From the NCBI GenBank assembly GCA_964593555.1, contig CAZQIC010000004.1, positions 23,689 to 87,688 on the forward strand: a stretch of 64,000 bases of DNA, given 5' to 3'. Made by a program: the position numbers and the translations under genes. A model generated the notes under the pieces. The model was not told the DNA's origin, made no database searches, and was given only the letters and a program-made list of their open reading frames with translations. Source of the stretch: an uncultured Bacteroidia bacterium. GTDB taxonomy: Bacteria; Bacteroidota; Bacteroidia; JAFLBG01. Positions 25,791 to 35,602 of this stretch are shown in pieces; the first letter of the stretch is position 1; each line of letters opens with the position of its first letter.

Positions 25791-25793
25791 GTC

Positions 25794-26564
25794 TTACTTA
25801 TTATTAAACGCTTTTAGTCTAAGCTGGGTAATAATTTTTTTAGTATAAAGGGGGAAATCGCCATTCATCATCCAGCTATAATAGGAAGGCTCCGCTTTAA
25901 AAACTTCTGCAACCGGTTTGTCCTTGTGTTTGCCAAAGCTAAAAACCTCGACCCCTTCGGCATTGTATACAATTCGTCCTGCGAGGTCAACGTTTTTTGA
26001 TCGCAGCGAAAAATCGTGAAGAAAGGAAATTTCATTTTTTAATTCACTGTATTTTTCAATTTGTGCTTCAAGTATTTCATATGTTGCTGTGGTATCTGCC
26101 TCAGCACTATGTGCATTTATTATTTCCTTACCGCAATAAAATTTGTAGGCAGCGGAAAGTGTTCTTTGCTCCATTTGATGAAAAATATTTTGAACATCAA
26201 CCATTTTTCTTGTGCTGATATCAAAATCGATTTCCACTCTTAAAAATTCCTCGACCAATAATGGAATATCAAATTTGTTTGAGTTATATCCTGCCAGATC
26301 ACAGCCTTCTAAAAAAGAAACAAACTGAGGGGCAAGTTCTTTAAAAGTGGGTTCGTTTTTTACATCTTCATCCATGATTCCATGTATTGCAGAGGATCCG
26401 GGAGGGATTGGAATGGTGGGGTTTACTCTTAATGTTTTTATTTCCTTATTGTAATTCGGAAAAAGTTTGAGAATGGATATTTCAACAATACGATCACTCC
26501 CTACATTTACACCTGTGGTTTCAAGATCGATGAACGCAAGAGGTTTTGTTAGTTTTAATTTCAC
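25794..26564 (-). CDS. DnaQ-like 3'-5' exonuclease (DNA polymerase III epsilon family) with C-terminal extension
   Basis: ExoI is FIDLETTG, ExoII is AGYNSNKFDIPLL and ExoIII is HSAEADTTAT. The start codon is GTG. Confidence 0.85.
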   Translation of the reverse strand: MKLKLTKPLAFIDLETTGVNVGSDRIVEISILKLFPNYNKEIKTLRVNPTIPIPPGSSAIHGIMDEDVKNEPTFKELAPQFVSFLEGCDLAGYNSNKFDIPLLVEEFLRVEIDFDISTRKMVDVQNIFHQMEQRTLSAAYKFYCGKEIINAHSAEADTTATYEILEAQIEKYSELKNEISFLHDFSLRSKNVDLAGRIVYNAEGVEVFSFGKHKDKPVAEVFKAEPSYYSWMMNGDFPLYTKKIITQLRLKAFNNK

Positions 26565-26574
26565 GATGGCTGAA

Positions 26575-28164
26575 TTATTTTATTTCTTTTTCCAGGAGAA
26601 AATCTTTAGTGGTTTCGGGTTGAAATGATCCCATGTCATAGATCACAACAGCATCCACATATGTTTTGTATCCTTTCATCTCAACTGTAATAGCATACTT
26701 TCCCGGCTTAAGTGCCATTACATATTTACCAGTACTTTTAGAAGCCTTATAGGGAGTTTCAGTTTTAGAGGATAGGTCGGTCACAATAATTTCTGCGTTA
26801 AATTCCTTTTTTAAAGAATCACCAAGGATAATATTTCCTGAAACAATTCCATATCGCTGATCAGCATCGTTGAATGCGACTCTGTATATATCAAGGTCGC
26901 CATAACCACCTTCTCTGCTTGATGAAACATACGCTACTCTGTCGTTTGATGTAAATGAAATTGAACGATTTTCAAATGGTGTATTCAGCGGATAGCCTAA
27001 ATTCACAGGTTTACTCCAAGTGTTTTCTTCTTCGTTCCAAACAGCTTTAAAAAGATCATATTCTCCCATACTCGAGTGGCCTTCGGAAGAGAAAAAAAGC
27101 GTTTTGCCGTCTTCTGCAAGAAATGGAAAGTCTTCTTTGTATTTCGTATTAATGTTGGGACCAAGGTTTTGTGGAAGTCCCCAGCTGCCTGTTGGTAATT
27201 TACGGCTCATATAGATATCGGTTTCGCCAAAATTTTCTTTACGTTCACTTGCAAAAAAAATAATCTCTCCATTTGGTGAAAAAGATCCTGAACGCTCAAA
27301 ACCTTCGTTCACATTTTGATCTAGCTTTTTTATTTTTTTATAACTGCTTTTTACATTTTCTGTAACATAAATATTACCAAGGCTGTCAATGTGATCTATG
27401 TATACAATAATTTGTTTACCATCGGATGACATTCCCACAGCTTGTTCATCATAAACTGTATTCACAAACCGTCCAATATCTTTTGCTCTTTCCCATTTCC
27501 CGGTTTTTACATTGGAAGAGTAAATGTCAGAAGGGTAGTAGCCATCAAACTCAAGCCTGGCACCAACATTTTCTTTCCTTCGTGTAGTGAAAACAAGAAA
27601 GGATTCATCTTTATCAACCAAGGGATAATAGTCCGGGAATTCCGAATTTATTTCCTTTCCAACATTTTCAAATGTGACATTGACAGGATATTTTATAAGT
27701 TCTTTCCCGTTGTTACACATTTCAATTTCACGATCTACCTTTTCAATATCTTTTCCTTTTGCTTTTTCCTTGTATTTAGTATATGTGTTTATTGCCTCAT
27801 CAAAACGCATGGCATAATGATATGCTTTCCCCAGATAGTAGAGTGCTTCATTGCTGAATTTTTCCTGCTTCGTAACTTTTTCGAGATAGGGAATTGCAAG
27901 TGGTTTGTTAATGTTCGAATACAAATAACACAGTGCCGCCTTATATTGATAATCCATATTGTTCGGCTCATCCTTTATCAGTTCTTTATACACCTTTAAT
28001 GCCATTAAATAATTGGTGTGACTAAAATGCTCTTCGGCATCCTCGGGTTCAAAGCCTTTTTTTGGTCCTTTGCCAGGCTGGGAAAAGCAAAGTACAGGAA
28101 TGAGAAAAAGCATTACCAATGACGATGAAAATATACCGATATGTGAACCTTTGTGGACTCTCAT
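26575..28164 (-). CDS. TPR + PD40 (TolB-like) + CarboxypepD_reg-like protein, no OmpA domain (array paralog 6)
   Basis: The ATG at 28164 is preferred over TTG 28179. The N-terminus is TPR-like. The PD40-like repeats include NSEFPDYYPLVDKDESFLVFTTRR, SSDGKQIIVY, FSPNGEIIFFASER, LAEDGKTLFFSSEGHSSMGEYDLF and SNDRVAYVSSSREGGYGDLDIY. The C-terminus is IVSGNIILGD...TGKYVMALKPGKYAITVEMKGY. Confidence 0.8.
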   Translation of the reverse strand: MRVHKGSHIGIFSSSLVMLFLIPVLCFSQPGKGPKKGFEPEDAEEHFSHTNYLMALKVYKELIKDEPNNMDYQYKAALCYLYSNINKPLAIPYLEKVTKQEKFSNEALYYLGKAYHYAMRFDEAINTYTKYKEKAKGKDIEKVDREIEMCNNGKELIKYPVNVTFENVGKEINSEFPDYYPLVDKDESFLVFTTRRKENVGARLEFDGYYPSDIYSSNVKTGKWERAKDIGRFVNTVYDEQAVGMSSDGKQIIVYIDHIDSLGNIYVTENVKSSYKKIKKLDQNVNEGFERSGSFSPNGEIIFFASERKENFGETDIYMSRKLPTGSWGLPQNLGPNINTKYKEDFPFLAEDGKTLFFSSEGHSSMGEYDLFKAVWNEEENTWSKPVNLGYPLNTPFENRSISFTSNDRVAYVSSSREGGYGDLDIYRVAFNDADQRYGIVSGNIILGDSLKKEFNAEIIVTDLSSKTETPYKASKSTGKYVMALKPGKYAITVEMKGYKTYVDAVVIYDMGSFQPETTKDFLLEKEIK

Positions 28165-28248
28165 AATATCAGAAAACAAACAAGTTCGGTGCCAGTAAGC
28201 TAAATAAATTGTTAAAGCTTGTTAAATCAATATTCCTACGCAACATAA

Positions 28249-30714
28249 TTACTCGATAGTAATTCGCACATATTGGAACTTTTCGTAAGCAGATTTGTTG
28301 ACCAGGTAATCATTATTATAAGCCGGACCATTTACTGAACTGCTTATTGTTTTGAATATGATCTTTGAACCATCAATGCCATTCTCTTTTGTAGAATTAA
28401 TTATTTTATCTTTTGAATTCGCAGCTCTGTCAGCGGCAAGTTCTCTGTTACTATTGAATGCTCTTGTTGGAACATTGGATGCACTTGAGGTCATTGATAG
28501 AGTTACACTTCCCTGCGATTGAATTTTTGCAACAAGGGTTTTAATGAAGGTTTTATAATTCTCATCATTAATATTTACTTCAACAATATTATATTTAAAA
28601 AACATCTCAAACTGTTTATCGCTTACGGATGAAAGTGATGATGAGTTGTCGCGTTGGCTGCTTTTGCCTGGAGCTGTATCATCAAACGGGATAAGTTCTC
28701 CGCTGAAAGGTACTATTATAGCGTCGTCAAAGCCTTTTGCGATCATTTCCTCCTTAAGTTTTTTTGCTTCCGTAACAGACTTAAATGTACCTACATAGTA
28801 TATGTACCATCCATTATCTGTTTTGCGGTACTCTACATTTTTAACACCTTTAATACTGAAGGCATCATACAAAGCGGGCTTTTTAACCGAGCTGATCTGA
28901 ACTTTATATGTTTTCTCTGTGTAATTTTTTGCCTCCGCTGGTTTTTTATTTTCAACAACTTTATTTTCTTTTATCGGAACATTTTTGTTCTCGTTGTTAT
29001 TTCCTACAGGTTTATTTGTAGTGTTGTTTTTGTTTTCTTCAGGCTTTGGATTTTTGTTTTCTTCTGTTTTTTTATTTTTGTTATTCGCTTTCTCAAGCGC
29101 CTTCCTCATGCTTTCCTGCAGTTTAACAGGATCAAGGAAAATTTCTTTTTCAATTTCTTTGTAATCACTTCCTGCAGGAACAGTAATTTCTTCTTTAAAA
29201 AATTCTTCGTTGTCAATTGTATAAGATGCTGAATAAGTTTTTCCGGGCATCAGCGGTAATACATATTTACCTGTAATTGCGTTGGCTTTGTAAACACCAA
29301 TTTCACCTGTTTCAAGATCGGTGATAGTTATTTCAAGATCTTTTGGTAATGGTTTGCCTTCTACCGGAATAATTTTTCCGATGATAAGCGCAACCGAGGA
29401 AACTTTGGATGTTTCAAGCGAGATCATATATAAATCCTTATCTCCTCTGCTGTCCTTTCCTCCTGATGAATAGTATGCACGTTTTCCATCTGTAGAACTC
29501 ACATAGAAAATATCATCATCGGGAGTATTGATCGGAGGTAAAAGGTTAGTTGGTGTTGTCCAGCCGGAATCGTTTTTAGTTGTATAAAAAATATCAAAAC
29601 CGCCCATGCTTGAATGACCATTGGAACTAAAGAAAAGTGTAACCCGGTCAGGGTGGATAAATGGCGCATCTTCATCATACTCGGTATTTAAAGTAGGTCC
29701 CATGTTAGTGGCTAAGCTCCAATTACCATTGGGCAATCTCACGCACTTATAAAGATCACGACCGCCATATCCCCCATTTCTGTCACTTACAAAATAAAGA
29801 GTGTTGCCATCAGGGGTTACGCAGGCGCTTGGTTCCCAAGCCGTGGTATTTATATCGGAACCCATTTTTTCAGGAGCAGACCATATTTCACCTTCTAACG
29901 TACTGGAATAAATATTTCCGTCTCCACCATCATCTTTATAAATAAAAAGCTGGTATCCATCAGCAGTTAATCCAATAGTTGCCTCGTGTGCTGGAGTGTT
30001 AATGCTTGACCCTATTAACACAGGAGAACTCCAAGTCCCATCATCTTTGCGATGGCATATGTAAATATCTTCGTAAAACTGATCGTCATTTGTTCTGTCA
30101 TCGCCGGTACTTCCAGGTCTTCTTGATGTAAAAATCAACGTTGATTCATCGGCAGTGATCACGGGACTATAGTCAGGGTAAGCGCTATTCACACTATCAC
30201 CAAGATTAGTAATGGAAATATTTGTTGGAAGCGCGAGGTACTCCTTTGCATTTTGGCACATGTCGATCTGATGTGTAACCTCCTTACGCAGATCAGCTTG
30301 TTTAGTAGGGGAGAGGTAAGTTAAATACTTCTTATAATTTATTATCGCCGAATCTATTTTATAGGTAAGATGATGTGCCGCGCCTAAATAATAATAAACA
30401 TTTATTGGTGCGCCTTTTTCATGTGCCTCAAATGGTACGTATTTTTCATTCACGTTTGTTGCCGCCTTTTTCAAATAATACGCCGCCTTGGTTTTTTCTG
30501 CTGCCGATTTTATATAGCAAAAGCCAATCAGGTAATTGATGTTAGCATTGAGTGAGTCAAGCTTATAGGCCTCCAAAAAATTCTCTAATGCTTTTGGGTA
30601 ATTTTCTTCGAGTACGAGATAATTGCCTTCAACAAATTTTTCCTTATAAGTATAATTTTGCGCGTTAGCCCCCAAAATTAGAAAAAGAAAAAAAGAAACT
30701 GATATTAATCTCAT
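28249..30714 (-). CDS. TPR + PD40 + CarboxypepD_reg + low-complexity linker + SPOR + degenerate OmpA-like domain protein (array paralog 5)
   Basis: 821 aa. The N-terminal two-thirds are colinear with the neighbouring paralogs. A linker rich in K, N and E follows (NNKNKKTEENKNPKPEENKNNTTNKPVGNNNENKN). The SPOR pattern is YKVQISSVKKP...WYIYYVGTFKSVTEAKKLKEEMIAKGFDDAIIVPF. The C-terminal ~130 aa keep the OmpA_C spacing (VTLSMTSSASNVPT...NRELAADRA...FQYVRITIE) but lack GHTD and NRRVE. Confidence 0.8.
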   Translation of the reverse strand: MRLISVSFFLFLILGANAQNYTYKEKFVEGNYLVLEENYPKALENFLEAYKLDSLNANINYLIGFCYIKSAAEKTKAAYYLKKAATNVNEKYVPFEAHEKGAPINVYYYLGAAHHLTYKIDSAIINYKKYLTYLSPTKQADLRKEVTHQIDMCQNAKEYLALPTNISITNLGDSVNSAYPDYSPVITADESTLIFTSRRPGSTGDDRTNDDQFYEDIYICHRKDDGTWSSPVLIGSSINTPAHEATIGLTADGYQLFIYKDDGGDGNIYSSTLEGEIWSAPEKMGSDINTTAWEPSACVTPDGNTLYFVSDRNGGYGGRDLYKCVRLPNGNWSLATNMGPTLNTEYDEDAPFIHPDRVTLFFSSNGHSSMGGFDIFYTTKNDSGWTTPTNLLPPINTPDDDIFYVSSTDGKRAYYSSGGKDSRGDKDLYMISLETSKVSSVALIIGKIIPVEGKPLPKDLEITITDLETGEIGVYKANAITGKYVLPLMPGKTYSASYTIDNEEFFKEEITVPAGSDYKEIEKEIFLDPVKLQESMRKALEKANNKNKKTEENKNPKPEENKNNTTNKPVGNNNENKNVPIKENKVVENKKPAEAKNYTEKTYKVQISSVKKPALYDAFSIKGVKNVEYRKTDNGWYIYYVGTFKSVTEAKKLKEEMIAKGFDDAIIVPFSGELIPFDDTAPGKSSQRDNSSSLSSVSDKQFEMFFKYNIVEVNINDENYKTFIKTLVAKIQSQGSVTLSMTSSASNVPTRAFNSNRELAADRAANSKDKIINSTKENGIDGSKIIFKTISSSVNGPAYNNDYLVNKSAYEKFQYVRITIE

Positions 30715-30771
30715 ATCATGAGTTAGTTTAGTTTAAGCAAAACTCTACCTACAAAAATATGGAATTAAACT

Positions 30772-30810
30772 AAAAAAGGGGTTTATTTTTCAATAAAATA
30801 AACCCCTTTT
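30772..30810 (-). terminator. Rho-independent terminator between array paralogs 4 and 5
   Basis: 12-bp stem ggggtttatttt (30778-30789) / aaaataaacccc (30795-30806) with a 5-nt loop. On the minus strand it is followed by TTTTTT (30777-30772). It lies 20 bp after the stop at 30827. Confidence 0.7.
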
Positions 30811-30826
30811 CGGTTTGTTTTAGGGA

Positions 30827-33133
30827 TTACTCAATTATTTTAAGTTCTACCCTGCGATTGAGCTGCATGCCTTCCAGATTTGGTTTTCCGTCGGCTGTAG
30901 AATTTGGAGCCATTGGAACTGTTTCTCCGTATCCTTTGGCGATGATCCGATTTTTATCTATACCTCTTTTTATTAAATAATTCACGACCGACTGAGCTCT
31001 GTCTTTTGAAAGTTTAAGGTTGGTTTCGTCTTTACCTTTGCTGTCTGTGTGACCGGATACTTCAACTTTAATTCTTCCGTTTTCTTTCAAAAAGGTATAA
31101 AGTTTTTCTAATTCTATATCTGATTCTTTTCTTAGTAATGATTTATTTGAATCAAAGAAAACATTGTTAAGTACAATCGTTGCTCCCTTAACAATTGGAT
31201 CTAGTGTAACATCTTTAACTATTTCCTTAAACTCGGGTTGTTTTGGAACATTTATGTTCTCTGAATGGAACAGGTATCCTGTTGCATCGTACGCTATGTT
31301 GTAGTTTTTGCCTGTTTGCAATACAAAATAATATTTTCCGGAATTCTTATCTGTAAAAAACGCTCCGACAGATTCTCCTGTTTGATTATTCTTTACAGTC
31401 ACATTAACATTAGGAATTGTTTCTTTCTTTGTGTTTTTTACTACTCCTGAAATTGACAAAGTACCCGGTGTTTTGCTTTCGAAATTAATGGTGGTTAAAT
31501 CAACTTCTTTTAAAATTTCCTGATAAGGTCCCCCGGCCTGAATCGTAATTTTATCTGTAATGGGTTTGTAATCGGTTGATTCATACCTAACGGTATATGC
31601 TCTTCCTGTTGGCCCTCCATTAAGTGCTATTATATATTTACCGGTTTTTGAGTTTGGTCTTATTTCCTGAACAATTTTTCCGCTCTCGTCATCAATAACA
31701 CTTATTTGAACATTTTTAGCTTCCTTCAAATCTCCATCGAATGTAACTATACCTTTTAAAAGTGTGATAGGATCAACAATGCTGTTGGAAAGGGTTATGA
31801 GGTAAATGTCTTTATCACCCACGCCCGCTGTTTTGGCGGATGAATAGTAGGCTCTTTTTCCATCAGCTGATAATACATAGAATATATCGTCGTCGGGCGT
31901 ATTAATTGGTGCCCCCATATTTTTTATTTCTGACCAGGTCCCGTTTTCTTCTTTTGTGGTGTAAAAAACATCAAACCCCCCAGACGTTTTATGGCCATTG
32001 GAACTAAAAATTAAAGTAACACCATCAGGATGCATGAAAGGAGCATCTTCATCATACTCTGTATTAATTGCAGGACCCAGATTGGACGCTAAACTCCACT
32101 CTCCATTAGGAAGTTTTACGCAGCGGTAAATATCCCGGCCTCCTGATCCTCCTAGTCTGTCACTTACAAAGTAAAGTATATTTCCATCGGGTGAAAAGCA
32201 TGCGCTTGGTTCCCAAAAAGTGGAGTTAATATCTGAGCCCATCTTTTCTGGAACAGACCATGTTTCGCCCGTTAATTTACTCAGGTAAATGTTGCCATCT
32301 CCGTTATCATCTTTATAAATAAGCAGCTGTTCTCCATTTGCAGAAAGAGCAATAGCTGCCTCGTGTCCCGGCGTATTAATGTTGGGGCCAATAGATTCGG
32401 GGGTTGTCCATTCTCCCTTATTATCTTTGTGGCATATATAAATATCTTCATAGAAATCGCCTGTAGGGGTAAGTTCGTAGCCTATGCCGCCAGCTCTTCT
32501 TGAAGTAAAAATTAATGTTGATTCGTCGGCTGATATAACGGGGCTATAATCGGGATATGGGCCGTTAACAGTATCACTTAGTATATTAATTTTTGCTTCG
32601 GTGGGTTTTGAATAAATATCTTTTGCATTCACACACATTGCCAATTGGCGGTCAACCTCTTTCATTAGTTCGGTTTCGCGAGGTTTTATGTACGTTTTAA
32701 AACGCTCAAAACACCTAATCGCATCATCGAATTGATAATTGTACCTAAAGGCCAGGCCAAGGTAGTAATATGCGTTTGTCGGAGCGCTTTTCTCTTTTGG
32801 ATCAAACGGAATATAGTTTTCTGAAATGTCTAAAATGGATTTCTTTAAATAATAAGCTGCTCTAGATTTTTCACCCTGAGTATTGATAATACTAAAACCT
32901 ATATTGAAATTTATGTTGGCGTTTATTGAATCTATTTTATATGCGTCTTTAAAACTACTGAGAGCTTTTGTATAATTTTCGTCAAGCAGATTATATGCTC
33001 CATCAAGGAAATATTCTTTGTATTCTTTTCTCTCTTGTCCATAAATTAACCCCGTGGTACATAGTGCTAAAAAAAGAACAACTAGTGCATTGTAATCTTT
33101 ACGTAAAAACTTTAATTTCTTTGAAGTGGGCAT
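30827..33133 (-). CDS. TPR + PD40 + 2x CarboxypepD_reg + OmpA_C protein (array paralog 4)
   Basis: The ATG at 33133 (MPTSKKLKFL...LALCTTGLIYGQ) is preferred over TTG 33163. The C-terminus is canonical OmpA: NNVFFDSNKSLLRKESDIELEKLYTFLKENGRIKVEVSGHTDSKGKDETNLKLSKDRAQSVVNYLIKRGID...NRRVELKI. Confidence 0.85.
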   Translation of the reverse strand: MPTSKKLKFLRKDYNALVVLFLALCTTGLIYGQERKEYKEYFLDGAYNLLDENYTKALSSFKDAYKIDSINANINFNIGFSIINTQGEKSRAAYYLKKSILDISENYIPFDPKEKSAPTNAYYYLGLAFRYNYQFDDAIRCFERFKTYIKPRETELMKEVDRQLAMCVNAKDIYSKPTEAKINILSDTVNGPYPDYSPVISADESTLIFTSRRAGGIGYELTPTGDFYEDIYICHKDNKGEWTTPESIGPNINTPGHEAAIALSANGEQLLIYKDDNGDGNIYLSKLTGETWSVPEKMGSDINSTFWEPSACFSPDGNILYFVSDRLGGSGGRDIYRCVKLPNGEWSLASNLGPAINTEYDEDAPFMHPDGVTLIFSSNGHKTSGGFDVFYTTKEENGTWSEIKNMGAPINTPDDDIFYVLSADGKRAYYSSAKTAGVGDKDIYLITLSNSIVDPITLLKGIVTFDGDLKEAKNVQISVIDDESGKIVQEIRPNSKTGKYIIALNGGPTGRAYTVRYESTDYKPITDKITIQAGGPYQEILKEVDLTTINFESKTPGTLSISGVVKNTKKETIPNVNVTVKNNQTGESVGAFFTDKNSGKYYFVLQTGKNYNIAYDATGYLFHSENINVPKQPEFKEIVKDVTLDPIVKGATIVLNNVFFDSNKSLLRKESDIELEKLYTFLKENGRIKVEVSGHTDSKGKDETNLKLSKDRAQSVVNYLIKRGIDKNRIIAKGYGETVPMAPNSTADGKPNLEGMQLNRRVELKIIE

Positions 33134-33230
33134 GACAAATTGGGGACTTTTTGTGTGTAACAAATATAAGATTTAAAAGCGCCTTCCAAAATAAATTAGA
33201 GGGGAACAGAATTAAAAGCTGATGAAAAGT

Positions 33231-35588
33231 TTACTTGGTTATGGAAGTTACTTTGAACTCCACTCTACGGTTTTGCTGCATCCCATTAGGATCTGGTTTT
33301 CCATCAGCAAGTTTTTCACTGGCAACAGGAACGGTTGAACCATAACCCTTAGCAATGAGCCGGTTTTTCTTAATTCCCTTATAGAAATATGGGGCTATCT
33401 TATAAACTTTTCTTTGGGTACTTGTTAAGTAATCCACAACCGCTTGCGCCCTAAGCTGAGAAAGTTTTTGGTTTAAATCAGGTTTTCCCTGACCATCAGT
33501 GTGTCCTAAGATTTCGACATTCATATCTGGATTGTCAGCCAATAGTTTGTAAAGTTTTTCCAATTCAGGAATAGATTCTTTTTTAATTTTTGATTTGTTA
33601 GAGTCAAAGAAAATATTTTTTAACACCACTTTTTCCCCGGTTTCCATTTTGGAAAGTGTAACATCAAATATCATTTCGGAGTGCTCATTATCTTTTGGTA
33701 TATCAATATTTTCTGAATGATAGAGATAACCGCCTTCAGCATCAAACGAAACGTTATAGTTTTCACCTTTTTGCAGAGACATATAATATGCACCGGTTGT
33801 TGGGTTGCTGTAATATGTATCAACTATCTCCTCTGTTTTATTATTCTTAACAACAATTTTTGCTCCCGGGATAACATTTCCATTCTTATCCTTAAGTACT
33901 CCTGTTACAGAAACGGTTCCTTTGGTTTTACTCTTTAAGTTTACAGACCTCATGTCGAGTGTACGCTCAATGACCTGATAGGCACTTCCCGGCTCAATTT
34001 TTATGGTTTCCGAATAAGGTTGAAAATTATCGGCCTCATAGCTTATTGCATAGGTTCTTCCATCTTTGCCCGGGTTAAGGATCATCAAATATTTTCCGGT
34101 TTTTGAATTTGGTCTTATCTCGCTTACAGCTTGTCCTGTTTCAATATCTGAAACAATAATTTTTACGTTACCTGTAGTTGTTTCTTTTCCATCATAAGTA
34201 AGGAAACCTTTTAATAAAACTGTAGGTTCAACAATAACATCTCCCACATCAATTTGATAAAGATCTTTTTCGCCAACTCCCCCAACTTTTGCGGAAGAGT
34301 AATAGGCCCTTTTACCATCTGTAGATAATACATAAAAAATATCATCATCAGGTGTATTGATAGGGCTTCCAATATTTACCGGCAAATTCCATTTCCATTG
34401 TGTACTCTTATCCCTGTCTTCCTTTTCTTTTCTTATAACGTAAAAAATATCGAAACCGCCCATTCCTCTTTGGCCATTGGAACTGAAGAAAAGTGTAACG
34501 CCATCAGGGTGGATAAAAGGAGCATCCTCATCATATTCCGTATTAATTGTGGGGCCAAGATTAGTTGCCTTACTCCATTTGTTGTTAGGTAGTTTTATAC
34601 TTCTGTAAATATCTCTCCCTCCAAAACCACCTTCTCTGTCACTTACGAAATACAGTGTATTACCATCTGCTGTAACGCAGGCGTGCGTTTCCCATGCAGG
34701 AGTATTAATGTCATTAATGTCCGTCTCGTCAACTTTTAATGGCTTCGGTTCGTCCCAACTATCTCCCGATAAATCGCTCACATAAATGTCGCCGCCGTTT
34801 ATGCTTTTGTAAACAAAAAGCTGGTTACCGTTTGCGGAAATACTAATTGCGGCATCGTTGTCATTTGTATTAATATTAATTGCTTTTGGATCGGCCCATT
34901 CGCTTCCGTTTTTTGTACACATGTAAATGTCTTCATTGTATTTACCGTCCGGGCCAATTTCATTTCCAGTACTTCCTTCACGGCGCGAAGTAAAAAGCAG
35001 AACAGATTCATCCGCATTTATTATCGGACAATATTCAGCTTGTGCAGTATTTATTCTTTCGCCAATATTTTTAATGGTAACCTTACTCGGTTTTGAAGTT
35101 AATTCTTTTCCTACAACACAATTTTCTATAAATTTTCTAAGTTCTTTTTGTGCATCTTCGTTATCACCCAAAATAACTTTAAAGCGCTGAAAATTACTAT
35201 TGGCTGCTGCAAAATCAAAATTTAATAATTGAACTTGTCCTAAATAATACATCACATTGTCTGGGGCTTTCGTTTCGTTAGGATCAAATGGGTCATAATT
35301 TCTTGCGGTATTCTTGCTTGCTTTTTCAAAGTAGGGTACAGCTTTTAGTTTATCATTTACAGAGTTGAGGTAACACATGCCTATCTTGTAATTCACGTTG
35401 GCGTTGTTGCTATCAATTGCATACGCTTCCAAATATGTTTCGAGTGCTTTAGGGTAGTTTTTTTCAAGGAATAAATAGTTTCCTTCTTCGATTTTTTTTC
35501 GGCAGGTAGCTTTGTCTGATCCTGAAAAAGAACTGTTCCAGGCCATGACAAGAAAAACAACAATAAAAAATCTAAAAATTTTATTCAT
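33231..35588 (-). CDS. TPR + PD40 + 2x CarboxypepD_reg + OmpA_C protein (array paralog 3)
   Basis: 785 aa. It has the same architecture, with the OmpA_C segment ILGHTDGQGKPDLNQKLSQLRAQAVVDYL...NRRVEFKV. It carries an insertion (STQRKVYKIAPYFYKGIKKN) within the OmpA domain. Confidence 0.85.
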   Translation of the reverse strand: MNKIFRFFIVVFLVMAWNSSFSGSDKATCRKKIEEGNYLFLEKNYPKALETYLEAYAIDSNNANVNYKIGMCYLNSVNDKLKAVPYFEKASKNTARNYDPFDPNETKAPDNVMYYLGQVQLLNFDFAAANSNFQRFKVILGDNEDAQKELRKFIENCVVGKELTSKPSKVTIKNIGERINTAQAEYCPIINADESVLLFTSRREGSTGNEIGPDGKYNEDIYMCTKNGSEWADPKAININTNDNDAAISISANGNQLFVYKSINGGDIYVSDLSGDSWDEPKPLKVDETDINDINTPAWETHACVTADGNTLYFVSDREGGFGGRDIYRSIKLPNNKWSKATNLGPTINTEYDEDAPFIHPDGVTLFFSSNGQRGMGGFDIFYVIRKEKEDRDKSTQWKWNLPVNIGSPINTPDDDIFYVLSTDGKRAYYSSAKVGGVGEKDLYQIDVGDVIVEPTVLLKGFLTYDGKETTTGNVKIIVSDIETGQAVSEIRPNSKTGKYLMILNPGKDGRTYAISYEADNFQPYSETIKIEPGSAYQVIERTLDMRSVNLKSKTKGTVSVTGVLKDKNGNVIPGAKIVVKNNKTEEIVDTYYSNPTTGAYYMSLQKGENYNVSFDAEGGYLYHSENIDIPKDNEHSEMIFDVTLSKMETGEKVVLKNIFFDSNKSKIKKESIPELEKLYKLLADNPDMNVEILGHTDGQGKPDLNQKLSQLRAQAVVDYLTSTQRKVYKIAPYFYKGIKKNRLIAKGYGSTVPVASEKLADGKPDPNGMQQNRRVEFKVTSITK

Positions 35589-35602
35589 TCAAAACTCGTT
35601 AC

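Noticed and set aside
27442-29232. Long antisense ORFs inside the array genes (27442..27999, 185 aa; 28654..29232, 192 aa), with similar ones at 17647..18069 and 24051..24455
   Set aside because: They are Phe/Ile/Cys-rich low-complexity translations opposite well-supported genes. This is typical of AT-rich shadow frames. They have no start context or motif support.
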